Assembly (NCBI GenBank): GCA_964367815.1
Contig: CAYIYR010000001.1
Location: forward strand, 5,831-69,830
Length of the DNA stretch: 64,000 bases
From: an uncultured Eubacteriales bacterium
GTDB lineage: Bacteria > Bacillota_I > Bacilli_A > RFN20 > UBA1709
Direction: 5' to 3'
The translations under genes were made by a program, and so were the position numbers. This document shows positions 1 through 9,781 of this stretch, piece after piece. The stretch's first letter is position 1. Each line of letters starts with the position of its first letter. Under the pieces are notes generated by a model. It saw only the letters and a list, made by a program, of their open reading frames with translations. It was not told the DNA's origin and did not search any database.

Positions 1-544
1 GAAAGCTCGTCAAGAGAAGGTCTTAGACAACCAAGAGATTGGCACAATGATTACCGCTTTTGGTACCAGCTTTGGACCGGAATTTGATATTGCCAAATTA
101 AGATACCATAAAATTATTATTATGACCGATGCTGATGTTGATGGTGCTCACATTAGAACACTACTATTAACCTTCTTCTATCGGTATATGAAACCATTAG
201 TTGAATTGGGACATGTTTATATTGCTCAACCGCCACTATTTAAAGTGACGCAAGGAAAGAGCATTGAGTACGCCTATAACGATCAACAAATGGATGATAT
301 TAGGACAAGAATGACGCCAGGAACCAAAGCCAGTATCCAGCGTTATAAAGGTCTTGGTGAAATGGATGCCGAACAGCTTTGGGAAACGACCATGGATCCA
401 AACACAAGAGTATTATTGAAAGTCAACCTCGAGGATGCAATGGAAGCTGATATGGTCTTCGATATGTTGATGGGCGAAAAAGTCGAACCGCGTAGAGATT
501 TTATTCTTACGAACGCCAAGTTTGTTAAGAATCTAGATATTTAG
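1..544 (+). CDS. gyrB: DNA gyrase subunit B, C-terminal part (5' end of the gene is outside the window)
   Basis: The translation from nt 2 ([21 protein letters not shown]...[25 protein letters not shown]...QRYKGLGEM...[19 protein letters not shown]) matches the conserved GyrB Toprim/C-terminal region. The stop is at 542-544. Confidence 0.95.
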   Translation, partial: KARQEKVLDNQEIGTMITAFGTSFGPEFDIAKLRYHKIIIMTDADVDGAHIRTLLLTFFYRYMKPLVELGHVYIAQPPLFKVTQGKSIEYAYNDQQMDDIRTRMTPGTKASIQRYKGLGEMDAEQLWETTMDPNTRVLLKVNLEDAMEADMVFDMLMGEKVEPRRDFILTNAKFVKNLDI

Positions 545-560
545 GAAGGAGTTGAGAAAA

Positions 561-3107
561 ATGCCAGAAAACAAAGAGCTTGATCACAGAAATGAAAAAT
601 TCGATTCTGATGTTGATGTAGATAGAACAAAAGACGTTAACCTCAGTAACGAGATGAGAACTTCTTTCTTGGATTACTCAATGTCCGTTATTGTTTCTCG
701 TGCTTTACCTGATATCAGAGATGGTTTTAAGCCGGTTCATAGAAGAATTGTTTATGCAATGAATAACCTAGGGATGACCAGTGGTTATCCTCACAAGAAA
801 TCAGCCCGTATCGTTGGTGAAGTTATTGGTAAATATCACCCTCATGGTGATACCGCAGTCTATGATGCGATGGTTAGATTAGCTCAAGACTTCTCCTGCC
901 GTTATCCTTTGGTTGACGGTCATGGTAACTTTGGATCTGTTGATGGCGACCAAGCGGCCGCTATGAGATATACCGAAGCAAGATTATCAAAAATTGCTAA
1001 CGAACTCGTTAGAGACATAAATAAAGATACTGTTGATTTTATTCCCAACTATGATGGCGAAGAAGAAGAGCCAGTAGTTCTACCGTGTCGAATTCCTAAC
1101 CTCCTAATTAATGGGTCTACAGGTATTGCGGTTGGTATGGCAACAAACATTCCACCCCATAACCTCTCAGAAGTTATTGATGCAACCTTAGCGGTTGCGG
1201 AGAACCCAGATATTTCAGTAACAGATTTAATGAACAACTATTTGCCAGGACCAGATTTTCCTACTGCGGGTATTATTCTTGGCAAGTCCGGTATTAGAAA
1301 AGCTTATGAGACCGGAAGCGGCATCATAGTTTTACGCTCCCGCACTTCAATTGAAGACGATCCTCATCATGCGGGCAGAAAGATCATTGTTGTCACTGAA
1401 ATTCCTTATCAAGTTAATAAGAGTGTCATGATTGAAAGAATCGCTGATCTTGTTAAGAACAAAATCATCGAAGGCATTCACGACATCCGCGATGAATCTA
1501 ACAGAGAAGGTATTAGAGTAATTATTGAATTAAAGAAAGAAGCAATTCCTGAAGTAATTCTCAATCAACTCTTCAAATTCTCCTCTCTGCAAGTAGGATA
1601 TAGTATTAATTTATTAGCAATCTATGATGGGCAGCCAAAGATTTTCCCTGTTAAGGAAATCTTAACCCATTACATGGATCATCAAATTAATGTTGTTAGA
1701 AGAAAGACAAAATTTGATTTAGATAGAGCTATCGAAAGAGAACACATTCTAGAGGGTTTAAAGATTGCGGGTCAACACATTGATGAAGTCATTGAATTAA
1801 TCAAAAAGAGCAAGTCTCCCGAAGAAGCTCAAGCTAGTTTGATTTCCACTTTCAATTTAAGTGACAAACAAGCGAAAGCAATCTTGGATATGAAACTCCA
1901 GAGATTGACCGGAATTGAACAAGATAAGATTGAAGCTGAAATTACCGATCTCAACGCTAAGATAACTGATTACAAAGATATTCTTGCTAATCAGCACCGG
2001 GTCATTGAAGTTATTAAAGAAGACATGAATGACATAAAAGCCAGATATGGTGATTCTAGAAGAACAGAGATTTCTAATGAATCAGCATCCTTAGAAGATG
2101 AGGATTTAATTCCAGAAGAAGATGTCATCTTTACACTTACCTCCAATGGTTATGTTAAGAGAGTTACTGTTGATACCTATCGTTCGCAAAAACGTGGCGG
2201 TCGTGGTGTCAAGGGTATTACTACCCATGATGATGATGTAGTAGACAAGCTTCTATTCGCCTCTACTCACACCGACATTCTCTTCTTTACAAATTATGGA
2301 AAGGTTTATCGGATTAGGGGATATCAGATTCCGGAATTCTCTCGCCAAGGTAAAGGCATACCAGTAGTCAATTTATTACAACTTGCCAAAGATGAAAAGG
2401 TAAAAACTATTATTGATGTTGATGCCTATGATGAAGAACATAGTTTAGTGTTTGTCACCAAAGAAGGCGTAATAAAGAGAGTTGCTCTCAGCCAATTTGA
2501 AAACATCAATCGCAATGGAAAGATTGCGGTCGGATTAAAAGAGGGCGACGAGCTATTCGATGTTAAAAAGACAACTGGTGATGAAAACATTTACATCGCT
2601 TCCAGTGGCGGCAAAGTCTGTCGCTTCCACGAAGATGGTGTTAGAAGAATGGGACGTACAGCTGCTGGTGTTAGAGGTATTACCTTAAACGAAAGCAAAA
2701 AAGTTGTTGGCGTAACCACTTCAAATGAAGGCAAATTGATTTTAGTTATTACGAGTAAAGGCTATGGTAAAATGTCAGATCGTGAAGAATACCGCTTAAC
2801 CAGTCGTGGCGGCAAAGGAGTCTACACTCTAAATGCCACCGAAAAGAATGGTGAGCTAGTAGCTATGCGCGCCGTAGAGGGCGATGAAGATTTATTAATC
2901 ACAACCTCTAAAGGCGTTATCATTAGAACTCCGCTTGCAAGCGTTAAGATTGCCGGTAGACATACTCAAGGCGTAAAAGTTATTAAAGTTGAAGATGGGC
3001 AAGAAGTTGCCTCAATCGCCATTGCTCCTCACCAAGATGAGGAAGAAATAGCAGAAGAGGTTTCAGCAGAAACACCTTCTAATGAAGTAAATACAACCGA
3101 AGAATAG
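561..3107 (+). CDS. gyrA: DNA gyrase subunit A
   Basis: The 848-aa product has the classic GyrA N-terminus ([26 protein letters not shown], active-site [10 protein letters not shown]) and C-terminal beta-pinwheel repeats. RBS GGAAGGAG at 545-552 precedes the ATG at 561. The tracked ORF starts at an in-frame TTG at 552. Confidence 0.95.
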   Translation: MPENKELDHRNEKFDSDVDVDRTKDVNLSNEMRTSFLDYSMSVIVSRALPDIRDGFKPVHRRIVYAMNNLGMTSGYPHKKSARIVGEVIGKYHPHGDTAVYDAMVRLAQDFSCRYPLVDGHGNFGSVDGDQAAAMRYTEARLSKIANELVRDINKDTVDFIPNYDGEEEEPVVLPCRIPNLLINGSTGIAVGMATNIPPHNLSEVIDATLAVAENPDISVTDLMNNYLPGPDFPTAGIILGKSGIRKAYETGSGIIVLRSRTSIEDDPHHAGRKIIVVTEIPYQVNKSVMIERIADLVKNKIIEGIHDIRDESNREGIRVIIELKKEAIPEVILNQLFKFSSLQVGYSINLLAIYDGQPKIFPVKEILTHYMDHQINVVRRKTKFDLDRAIEREHILEGLKIAGQHIDEVIELIKKSKSPEEAQASLISTFNLSDKQAKAILDMKLQRLTGIEQDKIEAEITDLNAKITDYKDILANQHRVIEVIKEDMNDIKARYGDSRRTEISNESASLEDEDLIPEEDVIFTLTSNGYVKRVTVDTYRSQKRGGRGVKGITTHDDDVVDKLLFASTHTDILFFTNYGKVYRIRGYQIPEFSRQGKGIPVVNLLQLAKDEKVKTIIDVDAYDEEHSLVFVTKEGVIKRVALSQFENINRNGKIAVGLKEGDELFDVKKTTGDENIYIASSGGKVCRFHEDGVRRMGRTAAGVRGITLNESKKVVGVTTSNEGKLILVITSKGYGKMSDREEYRLTSRGGKGVYTLNATEKNGELVAMRAVEGDEDLLITTSKGVIIRTPLASVKIAGRHTQGVKVIKVEDGQEVASIAIAPHQDEEEIAEEVSAETPSNEVNTTEE

Positions 3108-3132
3108 GGCGGCATTAGCCGCCTTTCTTCTT
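3107..3132 (+). terminator. rho-independent terminator after gyrA
   Basis: GC hairpin GGGCGGCATTAGCCGCC is followed by a TTTCTTCTTCT run. Confidence 0.6.
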
Positions 3133-3134
3133 CT

Positions 3135-3163
3135 ATTGATTTTGTCTAATTTGGGTGGTAAGA
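3135..3163 (+). promoter_or_regulatory. putative sigma-A promoter of the serS leader
   Basis: TTGATT (3135-3140), a 17-nt spacer, then TAAGAT (3158-3163). Confidence 0.4.
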
Positions 3164-3169
3164 TATGAT

Positions 3170-3395
3170 TAAATCGTTGATTGAGAGTAGTAATCTTCTT
3201 TCTCTTTCTAGAGATCTGCTGGCTGGTGCAAAGCAGAAAAGAGAAGTCGATGAATCCACTCAAGAGAGAAATAGTATACTATTTCCGGTAGAAACCGTTA
3301 TCACAAAAGAGACAATGTTTCACGTGAAACATTGTAAGAAGGGTGGCACCGCGGGAAACCGTCCCTTTGCGGAGGCACTTTTTTTATTGTTTAGG
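3170..3395 (+). promoter_or_regulatory. T-box riboswitch leader (seryl specifier UCC) controlling serS
   Basis: Stem I has GA/K-turn-like strands (TTGAGAGTAG ... CTCAAGAGAG). A candidate specifier loop AAUCCAC has UCC at 3254-3256 followed by the conserved purine. A perfect palindrome hairpin at 3313-3334 sits in the Stem III position. The canonical T-box sequence AAGGGTGGCACCGCG is at 3340-3355. An overlapping terminator hairpin plus T7 run (3352-3386) ends just before the serS RBS. Confidence 0.8.
3316..3331. promoter_or_regulatory. perfect parS consensus site (TGTTTCACGTGAAACA)
   Basis: This is an exact 16/16 match to the Firmicute Spo0J/ParB-binding parS palindrome. It lies inside the serS leader, where it forms T-box Stem III. 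Confidence 0.6.
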
Positions 3396-3406
3396 AGGAA
3401 AAAAGC

Positions 3407-4699
3407 ATGATAGACATTAAACTTTTGAGAGACAATCCAGACGTCGTAAAGGAAAACATTAAGAAAAAATTCCAAGATAGTAAATTACCACTAGTTGATG
3501 AGGTGATTGAACTAGATAAAAAACTACGGCAAATCAAGGTAGAAATAGATGATTTGCGTAGCGAACGTAACCGCGTCAGCAAATCAATCGGGGCGTTAAT
3601 GGGCCAAAAAAAGAGTGAAGAAGCTAACGCCAGCAAACAAAGAGTTGTTGACATTAACAACGCTTTAATCAAGCTTGAAGAGGACGCTGAAAGAATTGAG
3701 AATAGGGTAAGAGAGATCATGCTAGTTATTCCTAATATCATTGATCCAACCGTTCCTGTGGGAAAAGACGATTCAGAGAACGTGGAAATCGAAAGGTTCC
3801 TTGAACCTAAAGTTCCTGACTACGCTATCCCCTATCACCTTGATATCATCGAAAGAGTTGGCGGCATAGATTTAGATAGCGCAAGAAGAGTTGCTGGTAA
3901 TGGCTTTTATTATTTAATGGGTGATATCGCTAGACTTCACTCTGCGGTTTTAAGTTATGCTAGAGATTTCATGATTGATAAAGGTTTTACTTATGTTATC
4001 CCACCATACATGATTAGAAGCGATGTTGTAACCGGAGTTATGAGTTTTGCGGAAATGGATGCGATGATGTATAAAATTGAAGGCGAAGATCTTTATTTAA
4101 TCGGCACTAGCGAACACTCCATGATTGGCAAGTTTATCGGTCAACTATTGAACAAAGAAGATTTACCTTACACCTATACCAGTTATTCTCCTTGTTTTAG
4201 AAAAGAAAAAGGCGCTCACGGAATAGAAGAAAGAGGAGTATATCGGATTCATCAATTTGAAAAGCAAGAAATGATAATTGTGTGTGAACCAGAAGATTCA
4301 AAAGCTTGGTTTGAAAAACTATATCACTTCACTGTTGAATTATTTACTAGCATGAAGATTCCAGTAAGAACTTTAGAATGTTGCAGTGGTGATCTAGCAG
4401 ATTTGAAAGTTAAAAGCATTGATGTCGAAGCCTGGAGTCCACGGCAGCAGAAGTATTTTGAGGTTGGCAGTTGCTCCAATCTCGGCGATGCTCAAGCCAG
4501 AAGACTCGGAATTAGAATCAAAGATGAGAACAAAAACTATTTTGCCCACACCTTGAATAATACCGTTGTTGCGCCACCAAGAATGTTGATTGCAATCTTA
4601 GAAAATCATCTTAACGCCGATGGATCAATTAATATCCCAGAAGTTCTCCAGCCATACATGGGTGGAAAGAAAAAAATCGACGTTGTAACCAAGAAATAA
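3407..4699 (+). CDS. serS: seryl-tRNA synthetase
   Basis: The 430-aa product has an N-terminal coiled-coil tRNA-binding arm (MIDIKLLRDNPDVV...) and class II aaRS core motifs. RBS AGGAGGAAAAAAGC precedes the ATG. Confidence 0.95.
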   Translation: MIDIKLLRDNPDVVKENIKKKFQDSKLPLVDEVIELDKKLRQIKVEIDDLRSERNRVSKSIGALMGQKKSEEANASKQRVVDINNALIKLEEDAERIENRVREIMLVIPNIIDPTVPVGKDDSENVEIERFLEPKVPDYAIPYHLDIIERVGGIDLDSARRVAGNGFYYLMGDIARLHSAVLSYARDFMIDKGFTYVIPPYMIRSDVVTGVMSFAEMDAMMYKIEGEDLYLIGTSEHSMIGKFIGQLLNKEDLPYTYTSYSPCFRKEKGAHGIEERGVYRIHQFEKQEMIIVCEPEDSKAWFEKLYHFTVELFTSMKIPVRTLECCSGDLADLKVKSIDVEAWSPRQQKYFEVGSCSNLGDAQARRLGIRIKDENKNYFAHTLNNTVVAPPRMLIAILENHLNADGSINIPEVLQPYMGGKKKIDVVTKK

Positions 4700-4713
4700 T
4701 TATTAGGAAATGA

Positions 4714-4743
4714 ATCCTCGTTAACGCGGGGATTTTCTTTTTG
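4714..4743 (+). terminator. rho-independent terminator after serS
   Basis: Hairpin AATCCTCG-TTAA-CGCGGGGATT (one G-U pair) is followed by TTTCTTTTT. Confidence 0.6.
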
Positions 4744-4868
4744 TCTTCTTATGACGTTTCTTATCGTAAACAAAAGAATAATCGTTTTTTTGATGGCTAG
4801 TTTGTGAAAGAAAATGTATAGAACTAAATACGATGGACATAGACTAGTTTTGAAGGAGCGATAAATCA

Positions 4869-5402
4869 ATGTTTAGAGAAATACTCACAAAAGCCGTAGT
4901 AGGAAAAGGAAGAAAGAGCAGCATAACCATTCACGAGATTCTTCCCGAGAAAGCTGCAAGTCGAACTTTGGGATGTTGGATAATTAATAGTCATGCAACT
5001 CCTTATGTAAAATCAGATGAGACAATTGAAGTGGAAGGCACTTACGATATTCATATTTGGTATGGGTGTGGCGAAGACCAAGACACAGAAATTATTAAAC
5101 GCACCATCGATTATAAAGAACTCATCCCATTCAAAATAAAGCCGGGCGAAAGATTAGGAATGAATAATGATCTAAAAGCGTTCTTTGTGAAATATCCAGT
5201 TTGCACAGGACTCAAACTACTAGAAAACGGGAAAATCGAAGTAGTAGTCGAAAAAGAATTGGTTGTAGATGCGGTAGGCGAAACAAAGCTTAAAGTTCAA
5301 GTGACTCAAGGCGAAGAAGAATGGATTTTAGATGGGGAGATTGAAGCGAGTATTGATCCTGATTATGTGATAAAGGACAGCCACCAACCAACGATATTAT
5401 AA
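4869..5402 (+). CDS. cotE: spore coat morphogenetic protein CotE homolog
   Basis: The 177-aa product's N-terminus (REILTKAVVGKGRKSSITIHEILPEKAASRTLGCWIINSHAT...EVEGTYDIHIWY) closely parallels B. subtilis CotE (EIITKAVVAKGRKF...). Its acidic C-terminus matches too. Its position immediately upstream of mutS-mutL is the same as in B. subtilis. Confidence 0.8.
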   Translation: MFREILTKAVVGKGRKSSITIHEILPEKAASRTLGCWIINSHATPYVKSDETIEVEGTYDIHIWYGCGEDQDTEIIKRTIDYKELIPFKIKPGERLGMNNDLKAFFVKYPVCTGLKLLENGKIEVVVEKELVVDAVGETKLKVQVTQGEEEWILDGEIEASIDPDYVIKDSHQPTIL

Positions 5403-5408
5403 GAATAG

Positions 5409-5436
5409 TCAACTTTCATAGAAAGTTGATTTTTTA
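5409..5436 (+). terminator. rho-independent terminator after cotE
   Basis: Hairpin TCAACTTTC-ATA-GAAAGTTGA is followed by TTTTTT. Confidence 0.65.
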
Positions 5437-5497
5437 TATAAATATAGATTTTATGCGCGCGATTTGTTATAATCATCATAACAGGATGTGATTTTTT

Positions 5498-8017
5498 ATG
5501 ACAAAAGCTAAATATTCACCAATGATTACCCAATATCTCAAGATAAAAGAGACTTATCCCGACACGCTAATTCTTTTTAGACTCGGTGATTTCTATGAAC
5601 TGTTTTTTGAGGATGCGAAAATAGCATCAAAAGAGTTGGAATTGGTTCTTACTGGAAAAGATGCAGGAGCTGAGGAACGGGTACCCATGTGTGGTGTACC
5701 TCATCACGCGGTAACCAACTACATTGACCGTCTTATCAAGAGAGGATATAAAGTTGGAATTGTTGAGCAGCTTGAAGATCCTAAACTCGCCAAAGGGTTA
5801 GTAAAAAGAGATGTTGTTCAAATTATCACACCAGGAACATTAATTGATGTTGGGCTAGAAGAGAACAAAAACAACTATATTTTGAGTGTTGATTATCAGG
5901 GCCCGTTTTATATAATCGCCTATTGTGACATTTCAACCGGAGAGGTTGGCGTGCTGAATATTGAAGCAGATTCTGAATTGTTGATGAACGAAATAGATAC
6001 TTTTGAAGCAAAAGAAATAATAGTATCAGACAAATTTGATGCTTCTGTTTTTAAAAACAATCAAGGTAAATACACAATTTCCATCCATCACGATGTTGAG
6101 CCAACCTTAGAATATGAAAATGTTGTTATGGATATTAAAGATTTGCGCCAAATTAGATGTTTGGTGCGTTTGATTGATTATTTGGTTTCTACACAAAAAA
6201 GAGATATTGATTATTTGCAAAAGGCCAAAGTTTTAAAAACAAATCAGCACCTGAGAATGGACATCTATACCAGAAATAATCTCGAATTAACTAGAACCAT
6301 CCGCAGCGAAGATCGTTACGGTTCCTTACTTTGGGTTATTGACAAAACAAAGACCGCCATGGGTGCTAGAAAGTTAAAAGCGTATCTATCAAGACCCCTA
6401 GCTGAGCAAAAGCAAATTGAAGAAAGATTAGATATAGTGGAAGCCTTTGTAAATGACTTCTTAGTGCGAAAAGATCTTTCGACCCTTTTAGATGAGGTTT
6501 ATGATTTACCAAGATTAATTGGTCGAATCGGTTATGGAAACGCAAACGCCAGAGATTTAATTCAATTAGCTAAATCTTTGAAAGTAATCCCATTAATGAA
6601 AGAAATGCTAGTAAATAGCGGCGATCAATCACTAGTCAAGTTATCCAACACAATTGATTCGTTAGATGATATCGTCAGATTAATTGAAGCGAGTATCGTT
6701 GAAAACCCACCCTTTACAATTAAAGAGGGCGGAATGATTAAGATGGAATATAACGAAGAACTAAGCGAATTATATAAGTTGAGTAAAGGCGGTAAGCAAT
6801 GGATTTCCGCTTTGGAAGCAAGTGAAAAAGAAAGAACCGGAATTAAGGGCTTGAAAATAGGCTATAACAAAGTTTTTGGCTTTTACATTGAAATCTCCAA
6901 ATCTTTTGTTGGTCAAGTTAAGGACGAATTCGGCTATGTAAGAAAACAAACATTAACCACCGGAGAGAGATATATAACCCAAGAGTTAAAAGAGAAAGAA
7001 GATTTAATTCTCAACGCCGAAGATAAAATAATTAAACTTGAATATGAAATCTTTCAGGCCATAAGAGATGAAATCAAAAAGTATACTGAGAAGATTCAAT
7101 CTCTTTCTGAAACCGTTTCAACCATAGATGTGTTACGCTCATTTGCCGAAGTTGCGGTCAACAACAATTATGTTAGACCATTATTTACTGACACCGGAAA
7201 CATTGAGATTATTGATGGTCGGCATCCAGTTTTAGAAAAGGTCTCGCAAGATGCCTATGTTCCAAATAATCTTGTGATGAATAACAATAACTTTTTGCAT
7301 TTAATCACTGGACCAAACATGGGTGGCAAAAGCACCTATATGCGACAGGTTGCTTTAGCAATTATTATGGCTCAAGTTGGTAGCTTTGTGGCCGCCAAAT
7401 CTATGAAGACACCGGTTTTTGATCAGATATTCACAAGAATCGGGGCTAGTGATGATTTGGTTTCTGGGCAGTCCACTTTTATGGTCGAAATGCTCGAAGC
7501 TAATCACGCTATAAGAAACGCTACTCCGCAATCTCTAATTATTTTTGATGAAATCGGTCGTGGGACATCGACCTTTGATGGCATGGCTTTGGCACAAGCA
7601 ATTATTGAATATATTTGCACAAATGTTAAGGCATTAACACTCTTCTCAACCCACTATCATGAATTAACAGATTTAGAGGGGCGCTTACAAGGGGCGGAAA
7701 ACTATCACGTCAAGGTATTTGAAGAAGATGACAAAGTAACATTCTTATATAAAGTCATAAAAGGTTGCGCAAATAAATCATATGGTATCAATGTTGCAAG
7801 GCTTGCAAAATTACCTGATGATTTGTTGACTCGGGCCAAGGATATACTCTCTTATTTGGAACAGAAGAAAGTCTCCGTTACACCAGGAGAATATATTGTG
7901 AAGGAAGTAGTTAAGAAAAGCGAAGTAGAAGATATAATCAAAGCAACAGATCCTCTATCTATCTCACCAATGGATGCTCTGAATCTTTTGTATGAACTAA
8001 AGAAAAAGCTTAAATAG
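5498..8017 (+). CDS. mutS: DNA mismatch repair protein MutS
   Basis: The 839-aa product has the mismatch-binding N-terminus (ITPMMQQY-like MITQYLKIKETYPDTLILFRLGDFYELFFEDA), a Walker A (GPNMGGKSTYMRQ), and the C-terminal region. An extended -10 TGTTATAAT lies at 5465-5473. Confidence 0.95.
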   Translation: MTKAKYSPMITQYLKIKETYPDTLILFRLGDFYELFFEDAKIASKELELVLTGKDAGAEERVPMCGVPHHAVTNYIDRLIKRGYKVGIVEQLEDPKLAKGLVKRDVVQIITPGTLIDVGLEENKNNYILSVDYQGPFYIIAYCDISTGEVGVLNIEADSELLMNEIDTFEAKEIIVSDKFDASVFKNNQGKYTISIHHDVEPTLEYENVVMDIKDLRQIRCLVRLIDYLVSTQKRDIDYLQKAKVLKTNQHLRMDIYTRNNLELTRTIRSEDRYGSLLWVIDKTKTAMGARKLKAYLSRPLAEQKQIEERLDIVEAFVNDFLVRKDLSTLLDEVYDLPRLIGRIGYGNANARDLIQLAKSLKVIPLMKEMLVNSGDQSLVKLSNTIDSLDDIVRLIEASIVENPPFTIKEGGMIKMEYNEELSELYKLSKGGKQWISALEASEKERTGIKGLKIGYNKVFGFYIEISKSFVGQVKDEFGYVRKQTLTTGERYITQELKEKEDLILNAEDKIIKLEYEIFQAIRDEIKKYTEKIQSLSETVSTIDVLRSFAEVAVNNNYVRPLFTDTGNIEIIDGRHPVLEKVSQDAYVPNNLVMNNNNFLHLITGPNMGGKSTYMRQVALAIIMAQVGSFVAAKSMKTPVFDQIFTRIGASDDLVSGQSTFMVEMLEANHAIRNATPQSLIIFDEIGRGTSTFDGMALAQAIIEYICTNVKALTLFSTHYHELTDLEGRLQGAENYHVKVFEEDDKVTFLYKVIKGCANKSYGINVARLAKLPDDLLTRAKDILSYLEQKKVSVTPGEYIVKEVVKKSEVEDIIKATDPLSISPMDALNLLYELKKKLK

Positions 8018-8028
8018 GAGGAAAGATT

Positions 8029-9780
8029 ATGGGAAAAATTCAAGTACTTGATGCTAGCTTGGCTAATATGATAGCGGCTGGCGAAGTGGTAGAAAGACCA
8101 AGCAGTGTTGTTAAAGAACTATTAGAAAATTCTATTGATGCCGAGGCAAGGGAAATAGAAATTCGGGTTTTTGGGGCCGGAAGAGACAAAATCATTGTTA
8201 AAGATGATGGATATGGAATGATCAAAGAGGATGTTTTGCTTGCATTTACAAGACATGCCACCTCAAAAATCAAAACAAAAAAAGATTTATTCAACATCGG
8301 AACTCTCGGTTTCCGTGGAGAAGCTCTCCCCTCAATTGCGGCGGTCAGCAAAGTCACCCTGCAATCGTGTACGAAAGACAACACAGGCTGGAAAGTACGA
8401 GCGGAAAATGCCATAGTTGTGACCGTTGAACCAAGTGATGGCCGTGTTGGAACCACTGTTACAGCCGAAGAACTGTTTTATAATACTCCGGCGAGGCTAA
8501 AACATTTACGCAACGACAATACCGAAATTGCGAATATTGTTGATGTGGTTACAAAAATTGCGTTGGGTTATCCCAATGTCAAACTTAAATTGTTTATTGA
8601 TAACAAAGAGGTTTTTCAAAGTAGTGGCCGAAACAATGTGTTAGAAATTATTGCTGATGTTTTTGGAATTGAAACCGCCAGAAATATGTTGAAAGTCGAT
8701 TTCAAAGATAATGATTTTCATGTCAGCGGTTATATTAGTAAATTCAACATTCATAAAGCCAGCAGACGCTATATGACTTTTTTGCTAAACAACCGAAATG
8801 TAAAAATACCGCTTATTCAATCAATGATAAAGGAAGCGTATCTTAATTATATTCCGGTGGATCGTTATCCTGTTACCCTTCTTAATATAGAAGTTGATCC
8901 ACGCTTGGTCGATGTTAATGTTCATCCGGCGAAGCACGAAGTGAGATTATCAAAAGATGAGTCGTTGGCTAAACTTGTCAAAGAGAATATTAAAATAGCT
9001 TTAGATGAAGCGACAATGATTCCCAAAGTTGAAGTTGCGAAAAAGGAAGTATTTCGCCCGACGTTAGACCTAGATTCTTATATTTCAGAAGAGCCCTTAT
9101 TAACTTCTCCGATTAATCAATCCACTGATGAATCAAGAATGATTAAGAATGAAGAGCCTGTATTTCATTTCGAAGAACCCAAAGTTGAAGTAAAGGAAAG
9201 AAAAATCAACAAAATGAGACCCATTGGACAGATTCATGGGACGTATATTGTCGCTGAAAGCGTTGATGGTTTTTATCTAATTGATCAACATGCCGCCATG
9301 GAAAGAATTAACTTTGAAAAGCTTTCAGTCATTATGCAAAACCAAATTATTATGAATGATTTGCTACTCCCAAAAGTTATTGAATTGAGTTTTCGTGAAG
9401 TGCAGATACTTAAAGATCGTCTCGATATGTTAGAGGGCGTCGGCATTAAATGTGAGATATTTGGCAATAATGCTATCCGTGTTATTTCGATACCAGTATG
9501 GATGAATAACCTTGATGTGGATTATTATATTAGCGAAATGACAAATCAGATTATTAGTAACTCCAATATCAATGTCTTTTCTTTACGATCCCATGCTATT
9601 TCGACAATGGCTTGTAAGATGTCTTTGAAAGCCAATCATTCTATTACAATAGATGAGCAGCAGGAATTAATTGATAATTTAATGAAATGTAGCAACCCAC
9701 ATAGTTGCCCACACGGACGGCCAACCATGATTTTTTATTCAGAATATGAACTAGAAAAACTGTTCAAGAGAGCTGGATAA
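8029..9780 (+). CDS. mutL: DNA mismatch repair protein MutL
   Basis: The 583-aa product has a GHKL ATPase N-terminus (IQVLDASLANMIAAGEVVERPSSVVKELLENSIDA) and a C-terminal endonuclease domain. RBS GGAGG precedes the ATG. The gene directly follows mutS. Confidence 0.95.
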   Translation: MGKIQVLDASLANMIAAGEVVERPSSVVKELLENSIDAEAREIEIRVFGAGRDKIIVKDDGYGMIKEDVLLAFTRHATSKIKTKKDLFNIGTLGFRGEALPSIAAVSKVTLQSCTKDNTGWKVRAENAIVVTVEPSDGRVGTTVTAEELFYNTPARLKHLRNDNTEIANIVDVVTKIALGYPNVKLKLFIDNKEVFQSSGRNNVLEIIADVFGIETARNMLKVDFKDNDFHVSGYISKFNIHKASRRYMTFLLNNRNVKIPLIQSMIKEAYLNYIPVDRYPVTLLNIEVDPRLVDVNVHPAKHEVRLSKDESLAKLVKENIKIALDEATMIPKVEVAKKEVFRPTLDLDSYISEEPLLTSPINQSTDESRMIKNEEPVFHFEEPKVEVKERKINKMRPIGQIHGTYIVAESVDGFYLIDQHAAMERINFEKLSVIMQNQIIMNDLLLPKVIELSFREVQILKDRLDMLEGVGIKCEIFGNNAIRVISIPVWMNNLDVDYYISEMTNQIISNSNINVFSLRSHAISTMACKMSLKANHSITIDEQQELIDNLMKCSNPHSCPHGRPTMIFYSEYELEKLFKRAG

Positions 9781-9781
9781 A

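Noticed and set aside
1049-1237. Short antisense ORFs inside gyrA, mutS, mutL, the DUF1576-like gene, yfhO, hppA, nifJ and malic enzyme (for example 1049-1237, 5826-6011, 8040-8456, 11589-11978, 26614-26808, 41326-41715, 55038-55316, 52308-52661)
   Set aside because: They are fully embedded on the opposite strand of long genes with strong homology. They have no RBS and their composition is biased, so they are shadow ORFs.
3165-3410. An 81-aa ORF predicted upstream of serS
   Set aside because: It lies entirely inside the T-box leader, which is structured RNA with a terminator. It has no RBS and its content is low-complexity, so it is not a gene.
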